DNA from: a virus | IMG/VR virus record: IMGVR_UViG_3300042691_008788 | Coordinates: 64,001 to 128,000 of that record | Strand: one strand, 5' to 3' | Length of the DNA stretch: 64,000 nt | In this document: piece after piece, positions 19,137 through 28,604 of the stretch | Layout of the letters: every line of letters starts with the position of its first letter | Numbering within the stretch: the stretch's first letter is position 1 | The notes under the pieces: generated by a model | Database searches by the model: none | What the model was told of the DNA's origin: nothing | What the model saw: only the letters and a program-made list of their open reading frames with translations | Made by a program: the position numbers and the translations under genes

Positions 19137-21677
19137 TCAGCAGAATAGTCCTTCCAATGTCTGTACTGGTTCTTCCTTCCATCCAAGTACGCCAAGGATG
19201 GTGCGGAGAGGTTCGATGAATGACTTGTCAAACTGCAAATCGTAATCAATGAATCCATCAAGATCAAACTCGGTTGGGATCTTTGATCCGAAGGCAACAA
19301 CCTTCTCATGCAAGGGATTGGGAGTCTTGAGATAGATGAACTTGATCTTGTCTCCCTCGCGGATCTCCCGATACTTACCCGTCAACTTGTTCTTGCGAAG
19401 ATGGTGGTTGAACAGAAGAGAACCCTTCGTGGCGATTGGTGTTCCCTTCTTGTAGACCATCGTGCTGTCCCCATACTCCTTGAGGCCGTTGCAACTTCTT
19501 GGGAATGCAACCTTCTCGGGGGGAAGGCTCTTGAAAACATTCCTGAACGATGCCACAAACTCTTGCACATGACCTTCGTCCTTGTTCATGATGATTGAGA
19601 TTGTTTCCTTGAGGGCGTTCCTGACCACCTCTGGCGTGGACGAACGAGCAGTCTCAATGCCCATGATCTTGAGTTCGGGAACCTTTAGATAAACATTCTC
19701 CTCGCCCATGCGTACATTGAGCATATACCGCTTCTTTGCAGTCCATATACCGCTTGAGGCAATAGACTCCCGCTTCATACGCATCTTATTGTCATAGGCA
19801 TTCATGTACTCAGCAAGAGAATCATATGACTTGTTTATGACTTTCTGAATGGCCTCGTTCGATGCCTTGTCGATGAACTTGGTGATCTTCTCCTCGTCCT
19901 TCTCGTTTGGCATGATCTTTGCCACAAGAGGACCAAGATTCAAATACACAGAGTCTGTATCGATTGCAATCACATAATCGACACCATCAGTCTCCATTGC
20001 CTTGTTAAGATAATCATTGATGGATTTCTCAACCCATCGAACGGACAACTGACCCGACAGAGTGATGGCCTCTGCAATCTCCTCGTCATAGTAACGGAAC
20101 CACTCGTTGCCAACAGCACCGAAAGCAGAGTTCAACTGAATCTTCCGAACCAACTGAAAGTTGTGGTACTTGGAGATCAAGTCAGAAAGATTTTTCCTGT
20201 CTTCGGGTGGCGCGTCAGATGGAAGGTTTTTGAGAGCCGCCTTTGTCTCAAGCATGAGTTTCTTGTAGTGACTTCGTTCACTATACATACGCTCCATGAG
20301 GTGCGGAAGAAATCCCCTAACATCCTTTCGATAAGTTGTACCATTGGCAGCAAGACACAATCCATGCTTGATGGCCTTTTCTCTCTCCCCCATCGCAACT
20401 GGTCTGCCCTGTAGGAGCGTATCAGGCGTAGCCGATCTGCGTATACCGTGCTTGGTCTTCGTCTCGGGGGATAGATTGTACTGCATGATGAGATGGGGGT
20501 ATAGTGAGTCGAGGTCGAACGACACCACCCACTTGTGCATCCCAGTTTTCGGATCTTTGACATACGCACCTTCGAATGAAGCATCCTTCTTTCCTTTCTT
20601 CTTCGGTGGAATGACCACCTTCTTTTCGTGCAAATGATGATAGATGATCTGCTCCCAAGTCCTTACCTGAGAGAAAACATCGTTGAGATTCACCTTGGCA
20701 GAGTAGGCAAGCGACACCGCAAGTTCCATGAGGCGCAACTTGGCCTCAAGTTTCTGCACAAGGATGGTGTCTTGAATGTTGTAGAGTACGAACTTCGTGA
20801 AATCATTCTTGTAGAAGTCAGAGAAGTTGTCATATTCAACATATGCAATCTTAGTTTCGCCAAGTTCTACCTGAGCGATATGCCCCAACTTGTAAGTCTC
20901 GCGGGTGACATATGTGAACTTCTTGTATAGATCATAGTAGTCCAAGGTATTGATGCCCACGATCTCGTAGGTAATGCTATCCTTGCCCATGATCTCGACC
21001 TTGCGTTCCTTGAGTTTACCCCAAGGTGAAAGTTTCTTGGCAAACTTCTCGCCAAAGAGACTAGTCAATCTGTTCACAATGTATGGAATGTCGAAGAACT
21101 GAACATTCCACCCCGTGATGACATCGATGTTGAGGCTTTGCCAAGTCAACACGAAGTCTCCTAGCATCTGCTCTTCGTTGTCGTACAGATTGACAAGCAC
21201 ATCACCTGGCATTTGTGACTTGTCAACCTTGCCAAGAGCATAGGTGTACTTCTTGTGTCCTACGATCAGAGTGATGACATTGATCTTCTCATTGGCTGTT
21301 TCGATGTTGGGAAATCCCTCCTCCGATTCAGTCTCAATGTCAAGATATGCGATCTTCATCGCACTCATGTCATAGTTGATGTCGCCTTGATACTCGTTCC
21401 CAATGAACTGATAGATGTAGTCTGTGTTTCCGTAGATTGGATAATCATTCACATCCTTGTACTTGTCGGAGAACTCTCGCGCAGAATCAATGTCATCAAA
21501 GACAATCGGTTCCACAGTCTTGCCGTCCAAGGTTGTCCACACAGAACTTCTCTTGCTCAAAACGAACAGCGTGGGCTGAAAGGAAGCCTCCTCCGAAAAG
21601 GCGACTCCGTTTTCATACCCACGATGCAGAATGCGATTGCCACGAATGGCGACATTCGTATAGAACTTCTTGCTCAT
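19137..21677 (-). CDS. gp43: family B DNA polymerase (T4 gp43-like)
   Basis: Exo DIETE, GWNVQFFDIPY, YNIQD; pol SFDLDSLYPH, KIQLNSAFG, DTDSVY, KKRY; probable start MSKKFYTNV. Confidence 0.97.
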   Translation of the reverse strand: MSKKFYTNVAIRGNRILHRGYENGVAFSEEASFQPTLFVLSKRSSVWTTLDGKTVEPIVFDDIDSAREFSDKYKDVNDYPIYGNTDYIYQFIGNEYQGDINYDMSAMKIAYLDIETESEEGFPNIETANEKINVITLIVGHKKYTYALGKVDKSQMPGDVLVNLYDNEEQMLGDFVLTWQSLNIDVITGWNVQFFDIPYIVNRLTSLFGEKFAKKLSPWGKLKERKVEIMGKDSITYEIVGINTLDYYDLYKKFTYVTRETYKLGHIAQVELGETKIAYVEYDNFSDFYKNDFTKFVLYNIQDTILVQKLEAKLRLMELAVSLAYSAKVNLNDVFSQVRTWEQIIYHHLHEKKVVIPPKKKGKKDASFEGAYVKDPKTGMHKWVVSFDLDSLYPHLIMQYNLSPETKTKHGIRRSATPDTLLQGRPVAMGEREKAIKHGLCLAANGTTYRKDVRGFLPHLMERMYSERSHYKKLMLETKAALKNLPSDAPPEDRKNLSDLISKYHNFQLVRKIQLNSAFGAVGNEWFRYYDEEIAEAITLSGQLSVRWVEKSINDYLNKAMETDGVDYVIAIDTDSVYLNLGPLVAKIMPNEKDEEKITKFIDKASNEAIQKVINKSYDSLAEYMNAYDNKMRMKRESIASSGIWTAKKRYMLNVRMGEENVYLKVPELKIMGIETARSSTPEVVRNALKETISIIMNKDEGHVQEFVASFRNVFKSLPPEKVAFPRSCNGLKEYGDSTMVYKKGTPIATKGSLLFNHHLRKNKLTGKYREIREGDKIKFIYLKTPNPLHEKVVAFGSKIPTEFDLDGFIDYDLQFDKSFIEPLRTILGVLGWKEEPVQTLEGLFC

Positions 21678-21683
21678 GTTGTA

Positions 21684-21711
21684 AGTATACCTCAATGCAT
21701 CAGAGATGCAA
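21684..21711 (-). promoter_or_regulatory. sigma70-like promoter for gp43, probably leaderless
   Basis: TTGCAT-16 bp-TATACT, 6 nt before the ATG at 21677. Confidence 0.65.
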
Positions 21712-22633
21712 GGGTCGTTGGGATTTCTTCTTTGATTCTATTCTCTGCCAACTGAATGTATTCGGGATTCAGTTCTGTCCCAACAAAGTTTCTATTGTTC
21801 TCAAGTGCAACAATAGCCGTGGTTCCCGATCCCGTGAATGGATCAAGGACGGTTCCGCCTTCGGGACATCCCGCAAGTATGCATGGAAGAATAAGATTCT
21901 TTGGATAGACTGCGAAATGTGCGCCCTTGTAACCACGGGTGTTCACCGTCCACACGGAACGCTTGTTCTTCAGCGGATTGTCCTCATCGGGTTTTCCCTT
22001 GAGTCCGTGGTGCTTCAACTTCGGATCAGTTGTTCCGTCACGCATCTCATCGCGATTGCGAGTTCCCCAGTTTCGTGCTGGCTCCTTGATCGCCTCATGG
22101 TCATAGTAGTAGTGCGACTTCTTGGAGAGCAGGAAGATGTACTCATGACTCTTCGTACAGCGATCAGTCACCGACTCAGGCATGGGATTGGGCTTCGACC
22201 AGATGATATCCTGACGCAGCCACCACCCATCTGCCTGTAGGGCAAATGCCACTCGCCAAGGGATGCCGATGAGATCCTTGTGCTTCAGACCCTTCTGTTT
22301 TTTTCGATTGCCTGGAATGAAATCGCTAGGCATTCCACGCTGACCACCAATTGTTTGTGGAGGAGGAGCAACATTATATTGAGCGATATACGAATCACCA
22401 AGATTCAGCCACAGAGTGCCATCAGGACGAAGACAGCGGCGAACTTCGCGAAAGACATCAACCATTGCCTTGACATATTCTTCGACTTCCTGTTCTGATC
22501 CAATCTCACCTTCTCCTCCTCCGTAGTCACGAAGTCCGAAATACGGAGGTGAGGTAACGCAAGTATGAACAGAGTCTGAATCAACTTGCTTGAGTGCTTC
22601 ACGACAATCTCCCTGAATGATTTTGTAGTTCAC
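21692..22633 (-). CDS. beta-class DNA amino-methyltransferase (N4-mC or N6-mA)
   Basis: IIQGDC, TSPPY (motif IV), LWLNLGDSY, HFAVYP, LDPFTGSGTT (motif I); GTG start 1 nt after the speD stop. Confidence 0.92.
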   Translation of the reverse strand: MNYKIIQGDCREALKQVDSDSVHTCVTSPPYFGLRDYGGGEGEIGSEQEVEEYVKAMVDVFREVRRCLRPDGTLWLNLGDSYIAQYNVAPPPQTIGGQRGMPSDFIPGNRKKQKGLKHKDLIGIPWRVAFALQADGWWLRQDIIWSKPNPMPESVTDRCTKSHEYIFLLSKKSHYYYDHEAIKEPARNWGTRNRDEMRDGTTDPKLKHHGLKGKPDEDNPLKNKRSVWTVNTRGYKGAHFAVYPKNLILPCILAGCPEGGTVLDPFTGSGTTAIVALENNRNFVGTELNPEYIQLAENRIKEEIPTTLASLMH

Positions 22634-22634
22634 T

Positions 22635-23012
22635 TTAGTATCCCTTGCCTCGGACGAAGTAATGTTCTTCAAACGATGCGAAACCAAAGCATTCCCGCGC
22701 ATAATCAAAGATGATCTTCTTGTCGAAGTTGTTGCAGGAATATACATCCAGCGTGATGAAGTGGGTGGGTTCGATTGAGTGGATTTGAATACCACTTTCA
22801 ATCAGAGGAACCCACCCACTTACACCAGCCTTTGCTGGATAGAGTTCCCTGCCAAGGTGAGTCGGACCATGTATGACAATAGGTTGGCTCATGCGGGTCA
22901 TGCCGATCTTATCGACAACCCGCTCAAGGAAACGATAGGTGAGTTCCATATCGTCTGCTGTGCCAGACCTACAGTTGTACATGTCAAGATAGTATGAATA
23001 TCCAAATGCCAT
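22635..23012 (-). CDS. speD: pyruvoyl-dependent S-adenosylmethionine decarboxylase-family proenzyme
   Basis: LDMYNC, GVSGWVPLIE-SGIQIHS (E|S self-cleavage site), LDVYSC. Confidence 0.85.
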   Translation of the reverse strand: MAFGYSYYLDMYNCRSGTADDMELTYRFLERVVDKIGMTRMSQPIVIHGPTHLGRELYPAKAGVSGWVPLIESGIQIHSIEPTHFITLDVYSCNNFDKKIIFDYARECFGFASFEEHYFVRGKGY

Positions 23013-23279
23013 TTACTCGCGCTCCACCATGTAGATGTGATCCTGATGAACTATGTCAAACTCCTTGTAGTGATTTCCCTTTATCTTGGTGATATCCCAC
23101 AAGGCACGATCTCCAACCTTAATGTCCTCTGTGACTCCCTCACCGACCGCAATCACCTTCGACCACACAAGACGAGAAGTCACCTTCTCGTTGTAGATGA
23201 TTCCCGCATCGGTTGTCTTCTGACCACCGAAGTCCTTGAGCAACATCACATTCTTGCCAACGGGCTTGAGTCCACTCAT
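23013..23279 (-). CDS. groES: GroES-like co-chaperonin
   Basis: LKPVGKNV, KTTDAGII mobile loop, KVIAVGEG, IKVGDR. Confidence 0.85.
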   Translation of the reverse strand: MSGLKPVGKNVMLLKDFGGQKTTDAGIIYNEKVTSRLVWSKVIAVGEGVTEDIKVGDRALWDITKIKGNHYKEFDIVHQDHIYMVERE

Positions 23280-23644
23280 GAAAGTTCCCTTGTGGTGCAG
23301 TTGAATAGAGAATCGCCATACTGCTTCTTGAGTTGCTTCTCCTGACGATACGCAGAAAGAAGAACGATATAGTTAATGACATCCACAAGCGTGTCATCGA
23401 ATGTCTCATTTGTTACATTCGTCTTTCCTGATTGAAGAATGGATGATAGACGGCTCATCTTATCCGTGAGACGAACCATAAAACCTTGTTCAGTCGAGCA
23501 AATGCCCATGGCCTCAACTCGCGTGAAGTTTGCAAATGGTTCCTTACCGTCGTTACCAGCATAGTCGCGGTTCTTCTTGTCCATCAGATCCCTTGCTTGT
23601 TTGCAAAGGACTTCGTGGTGCTTCAACAGTTCTTCGCGTGTCAT
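23276..23644 (-). CDS. DUF1599 / nucleotide-modification-associated domain 1-like all-alpha protein
   Basis: KKNRDYA..PFANF..VRLTDKMSRL..ETFDDTLVDVINY; GGAGG RBS before 23644. Confidence 0.75.
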   Translation of the reverse strand: MTREELLKHHEVLCKQARDLMDKKNRDYAGNDGKEPFANFTRVEAMGICSTEQGFMVRLTDKMSRLSSILQSGKTNVTNETFDDTLVDVINYIVLLSAYRQEKQLKKQYGDSLFNCTTRELS

Positions 23645-23658
23645 GTCACCTCCGTACA

Positions 23659-24156
23659 TTATTTCACTCCTGTGCTTCCGAATCCACCATTTCTGGTAGT
23701 CTTCTTACCTGGTTTTTCCAAGGATTCGAAGATTACATACTCCAAGTTCTTGACCATCTCTGCCTGAGCAATCCTCATGCCATGCTCAATCGTGATTCTG
23801 TTTAGAGAATCATTCTTGAGCATCACAAAGCACTCCTCGACATAGTCGGAGTCGATTATACCTTCGGCATTCTGAGTTACAAGTCCATTCTTGAAAGAAA
23901 GTCCAGATCGTGGATGAACTCGTACAGAATGATTTTCAGGAATATCGAAGATAAGACCAGTTGGAATCAATACGCGAAACTCAGCGGGGATCTCAACCCT
24001 ATCCGTGCAGTAAAGTTCCATTGGTTCGTTTGTCCGCGTGTATGCCTTGATCTTCTCAACTCCAAGCAAACATGCTGTTAGATCAAAACAAGCAGACTGC
24101 TCGGTGGCAAAAGATGGAATGACAGCATTGGGGTTCACCTTGAACGCTTTCAGCAT
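23659..24156 (-). CDS. dut: trimeric dUTPase
   Basis: SACFDL, LIPTGL, PRSGLS, GIIDSDY, RIAQ, RNGGFGSTG. Confidence 0.95.
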   Translation of the reverse strand: MLKAFKVNPNAVIPSFATEQSACFDLTACLLGVEKIKAYTRTNEPMELYCTDRVEIPAEFRVLIPTGLIFDIPENHSVRVHPRSGLSFKNGLVTQNAEGIIDSDYVEECFVMLKNDSLNRITIEHGMRIAQAEMVKNLEYVIFESLEKPGKKTTRNGGFGSTGVK

Positions 24157-24174
24157 AATATAGACTCCCTTGTT

Positions 24175-25452
24175 TTAACGACGGGCTTTCTTCTTATTCT
24201 TATTACGATTCATCAGCATGTCAAGACGCTTGCGCTTTGCGGCATCATCTTCCTGCTGCTGAAGCATCTTTTCAGTTGGGCTTTGTTGTGGAGCAACAAC
24301 TTTTTGCCCTTCCATATCTCGCATGGCTTGTACCACCCCACCCATTTCCTGCATCTTTACCTTGTACTGATTGAGGTTTACTTCCATGCGCTGACGCTCT
24401 GTATCGGGGAATGATGGGTTCTTAAGAAGAGATTCACATGCTGCAATACCTTCATCAAACTTATGGAGGAAGAATGCAGTTGCTGCAATCTCATCATCAC
24501 ATTGCCACCTGTAGATGTCCTCATCAATAAAGAGAATATCAAACTTTGGATATGGCATTGTCTTTGCCATTGAAGCATACAGATATGCTAGTCGTGGCTG
24601 ATTTACCATTCTATACATCTTTGCAATCTGATATAAGGGTTCTGCGCGGATGGGGCGATAGTTCCATGACATCAAGAACTTCTCTTTGATTTCCCCAAAT
24701 GTCTTGTTTGTGATGGCCGCAATCATGGCGATTCTGTACAGTGAATAGAAGACTTCTTCTTCCCATCCACCCATCTCAACACGCTTGCGATAAGATGCAT
24801 CTGCCTTATCCCATTGCTGAGAGTCAAAATAAGACTGTGCAAGATAGAATTGGTGGCGGGTATTTGTTGGATCTTCCAACATTGCCTTTTCAAGGACTTC
24901 TGCATCTCTACTGTACTTCTCGACTGGAGAGATACCAACATTTCTTGCTCCACCCATGGTACGAGCGCAGATGTTGTACTTACCTTCCAACTTTACGATC
25001 TTTGGATTTGGCTTTTGGCAAGCCGCATATTCGTGCAGAACGCCCTTGTATTCCCACTTGGCATCCAACTTGAATACTTGATTGCGCCACCAGAAGAAGG
25101 ATCCCCGCTTGATGCGTAGAGCATAACTGTCAATCTCTGTTGTCTGCGGTAGGATCAGTTCGCCTTCAAGATAATCATCGGCATCAATGACCCATGCATA
25201 ATCTGCCTTGCCCTCTGCCGCCTTGAATGCAAGACTTCTATTGTGTCCGAAATCCTTCCATTCATGGTCGTGGATCTCGCCAGGAATACCCTTCTCCTTG
25301 AAGAAGTTGGTGATGATTTCTTTTGTATTGTCCGTGGAACCCGTATCACAAATAACCCAATAGTCGATGTACTTGTATACGGAGTTAAGGCATTCAAGAA
25401 TGATGTGTGATTCATTCTTGACGATCATGCACAGCGTAAGCGTTGGCTTCAT
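24175..25452 (-). CDS. GT2 glycosyltransferase with C-terminal TPR repeats
   Basis: LCMIVKNE, DTGSTDNT, DFGHNR, VIDADD, YKGVLHE, then helical TPR-like segments (FYLAQSYFD, RAEPLYQIA). Confidence 0.9.
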   Translation of the reverse strand: MKPTLTLCMIVKNESHIILECLNSVYKYIDYWVICDTGSTDNTKEIITNFFKEKGIPGEIHDHEWKDFGHNRSLAFKAAEGKADYAWVIDADDYLEGELILPQTTEIDSYALRIKRGSFFWWRNQVFKLDAKWEYKGVLHEYAACQKPNPKIVKLEGKYNICARTMGGARNVGISPVEKYSRDAEVLEKAMLEDPTNTRHQFYLAQSYFDSQQWDKADASYRKRVEMGGWEEEVFYSLYRIAMIAAITNKTFGEIKEKFLMSWNYRPIRAEPLYQIAKMYRMVNQPRLAYLYASMAKTMPYPKFDILFIDEDIYRWQCDDEIAATAFFLHKFDEGIAACESLLKNPSFPDTERQRMEVNLNQYKVKMQEMGGVVQAMRDMEGQKVVAPQQSPTEKMLQQQEDDAAKRKRLDMLMNRNKNKKKARR

Positions 25453-25479
25453 AACGAAAAATCTCCTTGTTGGTTCACT

Positions 25480-25487
25480 TATGTATT
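25480..25487 (-). promoter_or_regulatory. late-type promoter variant (AATACATA)
   Basis: TACATA variant also found before gp3, gp22 and gp18; lies upstream of the GT2-TPR RBS. Confidence 0.5.
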
Positions 25488-25902
25488 AGGGTTTCTTGCG
25501 ACCGATATGGTATTTCGGAACCAGTTCCCAATTGCTCTTGTCCTTGTGTGGGATTATCTTCATCTGAGCAAGGGAAACTATTGGATCTCCAGCCTTCTTC
25601 TTGTCAACCACATCGACAAGACCCCACTCCTCAAGAAGATTGGCAATGGTGTTCCGTCTGCCAATGTCTGTATCATCAATGTCTGTAGGCAGACCATCAA
25701 GAGCAAATAGTTCCTTGAAATGAACAATATAGAACTTGCCTCTCTTGTGGAGTATATGGCAACTCTGATACAACTTGTTTTCTTTCTTAGAGGAAACTCC
25801 TATGCGGGTAAGTGTTTCTCTTACTTTTAGGAAATCGTCCTCTGCCTTTAGTGTCACCTCAAGCAAGTCCTCTGCATTGAGGGAAAGTATTCTTTTTTCC
25901 AT
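25486..25902 (-). CDS. regA: translational repressor RegA
   Basis: DDFLKVRETLTRIGV, LYQSCHILHKRGKFYIVHFKELFALDG, RRNTIANLLEEWGL. Confidence 0.96.
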   Translation of the reverse strand: MEKRILSLNAEDLLEVTLKAEDDFLKVRETLTRIGVSSKKENKLYQSCHILHKRGKFYIVHFKELFALDGLPTDIDDTDIGRRNTIANLLEEWGLVDVVDKKKAGDPIVSLAQMKIIPHKDKSNWELVPKYHIGRKKP

Positions 25903-25955
25903 ATCGACCTCGCCAATCAATCAAGCATGTGTGAATAACTGAAATATTTAGCATT

Positions 25956-26345
25956 TCAGATTCCTCCACGCATCTCGGATCCCCTTTTGAGGATCTTGGC
26001 TACGGTCTTCTTGTCCAAGGTCGCCTTTATCTCTTCTGCTTTCCTAACGGAACACCCAAAGATATCCATAATCTTTTGGGTAGTCTCTGCATCGTCTTTC
26101 TTTGCCCACTTTGCGAATCTTTTTCTTGGCCTCAGAGAGTGAAGCAGATACTCATACTGCATCTGCTTGTCCAAGTGGCAATGAAGATTCATCTCATTTG
26201 CATACATGATGGAGTCTGCAAACTGCGACAGACCTTTGTTCATGAGATAGGGGGCATATTCAGATGCCCCCCTCCCCTCATCACGGATAAGATTTACCTT
26301 GGTCTGGTTGATGCTGTTGAGAAAGTCGAATGGACTGTCGTTCAT
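25956..26345 (-). CDS. gp62: clamp loader small subunit
   Basis: PFDFLNSIN, YAPYLMNKGLS, ANEMN, RPRKRFAKW; synteny gp45-44-62-regA. Confidence 0.92.
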   Translation of the reverse strand: MNDSPFDFLNSINQTKVNLIRDEGRGASEYAPYLMNKGLSQFADSIMYANEMNLHCHLDKQMQYEYLLHSLRPRKRFAKWAKKDDAETTQKIMDIFGCSVRKAEEIKATLDKKTVAKILKRGSEMRGGI

Positions 26346-27289
26346 TTCTTGAACTCGCAGGAAACCATCAGTTCGCTTAGACAGGCCATTGTGTTGATCT
26401 CCTGATCAGCCACGAATGCTGCCTTGTATTGATATTCAGCAATGGTAAGAATGGCCTGTGGGATCGACTGTGGCTCTAGGATGTCATGTAGACCATCATA
26501 GACGGAGCGGAACAAACCCACATGGTCATTGTCGATGTTGCTTGCCACCCACTTGCGAATCGATCCAAACTCCTTCTTCTTCATGAAGGCAATAAGATCG
26601 TTGATCTTGTCCGAAGCACTTGTGCCAAGTATGCCAACATCGATCTTTCCACCCAAGGAATACTTCTGAAGGTCATTGATGAGTCTGCGGAAGTCGGGGA
26701 ACCTACGCATGACAAGTTCAGCAACCACCTTCTGATCATACTCAATGTCCTCAGCATCAAGAATGGCACACACCCGCTTCAGCATCTGCTTGGCGAGTTT
26801 TGGCTTGTCTGATGATGGGATCTTGAAGTCGATGACCGTGCATCGTGAATGCAGAGGCTGAATGATTCGATTCTTGTAGTTGCAAGTCAGAATGAATCGA
26901 CAGTTCTTGGAGAACTCCTCCATAAAACCACGAAGTGCTGGTTGCATAGATTGTGGGTTGGAGTAGTCGAACTCGTCAAGGATGACCACCTTGGCCCCAC
27001 CGCTGAAAGAAACCGCACTTGCAAACTCGCGGATTCTTGTACGCAGGGTGTCGATATTTCCATCTTCAGAGCAGTTGATGAGGATGTAATCACACCTAAG
27101 TTCCTCACACAATGCCTTGGCAACGGTGGTCTTGCCTACACCAGGCCCACCCGACAGAAGCATGTTCTGAATCTGTCCTTGTTTGATTGTTTCCTCAAAT
27201 GTATTCAGAAGTTCAGGAGTAAGGACACAATCTGCAATCCTCTTTGGCCTGTACTTCTCTGACCACAGATATTCATCTGTAGCAAGCAT
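26342..27289 (-). CDS. gp44: clamp loader AAA+ subunit
   Basis: WSEKYRP, GGPGVGKTT, ILDEFD, PLHSRC, FPDFRR. Confidence 0.96.
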   Translation of the reverse strand: MLATDEYLWSEKYRPKRIADCVLTPELLNTFEETIKQGQIQNMLLSGGPGVGKTTVAKALCEELRCDYILINCSEDGNIDTLRTRIREFASAVSFSGGAKVVILDEFDYSNPQSMQPALRGFMEEFSKNCRFILTCNYKNRIIQPLHSRCTVIDFKIPSSDKPKLAKQMLKRVCAILDAEDIEYDQKVVAELVMRRFPDFRRLINDLQKYSLGGKIDVGILGTSASDKINDLIAFMKKKEFGSIRKWVASNIDNDHVGLFRSVYDGLHDILEPQSIPQAILTIAEYQYKAAFVADQEINTMACLSELMVSCEFKK

Positions 27290-27297
27290 CTTTCACC

Positions 27298-27975
27298 TCA
27301 CTTGGTTTCTGGACGAAGAGCAATCCAATAGGTAACGCCGTTCTTTGCACCAGTCAACTTTGCAACTGCCGATCCGCCGATTTGGAACAAGTAGTCATCG
27401 GGAATCATCTTCAAAAGTTCAATGTCAAGATACACCGCAAAGGTTGATGGAGATTCATTGGTCTTAACCACCATGCTGTATTGATTTGACGAACCGTTGA
27501 TACCGATCTTACGGTCAAATGCAACGATCTTAATATCTGCACCATTGTTCTGAATGCAGATGGTGTCAAGTTGAAGAACGGATGCAGACCTCTGAATCTC
27601 CGTGATCTGATTTGCCGTTAGCACAAACTCTGCGGTCAGGGTTGGCATCTTGATGGTCTTGTCTGCCTTCTCCACCAACTTGGAGTCTGCATAGCAGTAA
27701 CGAACCGTGCTTCCATTTGGAGAATTCACCACAACAAACTTATCGCTGAAATTGAAGTCATAGTCTGGTTCCGAGAACAGACTTGTAGTCGCAATGAACT
27801 TGCCAAGATCGAAGATGGCAAAAGGAGAAGGAAAAGATTCATCGACCTTTGCCTCTGCCATTATGTTCTTGGCTGTAGAGACCGTGCGGATGACATTTCC
27901 CTTGTCCACATAGATGGATGAGCGAATGCCTGAAAAGTTCTTAAGGATGTCAAATGTCTTCTTGCTGATCTTCAT
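27298..27975 (-). CDS. gp45: sliding clamp
   Basis: MKISKKTFDILKNFSGI, FAIFDLGKF, YWIAL; synteny. Confidence 0.92.
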   Translation of the reverse strand: MKISKKTFDILKNFSGIRSSIYVDKGNVIRTVSTAKNIMAEAKVDESFPSPFAIFDLGKFIATTSLFSEPDYDFNFSDKFVVVNSPNGSTVRYCYADSKLVEKADKTIKMPTLTAEFVLTANQITEIQRSASVLQLDTICIQNNGADIKIVAFDRKIGINGSSNQYSMVVKTNESPSTFAVYLDIELLKMIPDDYLFQIGGSAVAKLTGAKNGVTYWIALRPETK

Positions 27976-27978
27976 GAT

Positions 27979-28173
27979 TTAGTCCTCCTCCTCAAGGTCG
28001 TCCATGAGGTCTTCGTCAATGTCTTCACCACCATTTACCATGTCTTTTACATCGCGCAGATGATGCTTGCTTTCATGTCTGTGTCCTCTGCGTTCGTGCT
28101 TTCGACCGCGAGAGGATGAGCGTCCACCCGCAAATGGGTCGTGATCTCCGTTGTCCTTCCAGTTCCTGCTCAC
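27979..28173 (-). CDS. small hypothetical protein (basic middle, acidic tail)
   Basis: GTGA overlap with the upstream ORF; GGAG RBS; fills the gap. Confidence 0.6.
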   Translation of the reverse strand: MSRNWKDNGDHDPFAGGRSSSRGRKHERRGHRHESKHHLRDVKDMVNGGEDIDEDLMDDLEEED

Positions 28174-28604
28174 TTCTCATTCTCCTTCTCAATCAGTAGT
28201 TGAGACAAGTAGTCTACACCAAATGTGTTCTCAATCAACCTCTTTCTCTCGTTATTCTCCGAGATTGTCAGAGGAATATAGTTGCTGAATCCTGGCATTT
28301 GTTTCGGGCAATGAACTCTAGGATAGTCCAATTTTGAATAATGCCCATCATCAACATTAGTCAGTTGTGTCTGTCCAAAATCTCCACAGTTGCAAGCACG
28401 ACATATGAATGATTTTGGATATTTCTTGCTTTCTTCTCGCTCTTCACATGGCGATAAGCCCATCTCTGATGATCCATGACAGGATATCTCACGAATGTCT
28501 TTTATCTCTTCCGACACAGTTGCTCCTGCAAGTCCACGCGAGATCAGAGAATCTGCAAACTGCCAAGCCTTGGTGAATCTATTTCTGAGAAAGTAGTCTT
28601 TCAT
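28170..28604 (-). CDS. Cys-rich hypothetical protein
   Basis: SCHG..PC..ICRACNCGD..HCP; ATGA-coupled to gp46. Confidence 0.65.
   Translation of the reverse strand: MKDYFLRNRFTKAWQFADSLISRGLAGATVSEEIKDIREISCHGSSEMGLSPCEEREESKKYPKSFICRACNCGDFGQTQLTNVDDGHYSKLDYPRVHCPKQMPGFSNYIPLTISENNERKRLIENTFGVDYLSQLLIEKENEK

Noticed and set aside
19136-19309. Upstream extensions of several ORFs (also 8147-8278, 42120-42230, 44113-44160)
   Set aside because: They overlap real upstream genes; internal ATGs with stop/start coupling are better starts
21255-22240. Plus-strand ORFs of 166 and 267 aa
   Set aside because: Antisense shadows of gp43 and the MTase; no family motifs. The same applies to the other short plus-strand ORFs in the track
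22634-22801. N-terminal extension of the MTase ORF into speD, suggesting a frameshift fusion
   Set aside because: A good GTG start follows the speD stop, the extension looks like non-protein sequence, and I saw no slippery site
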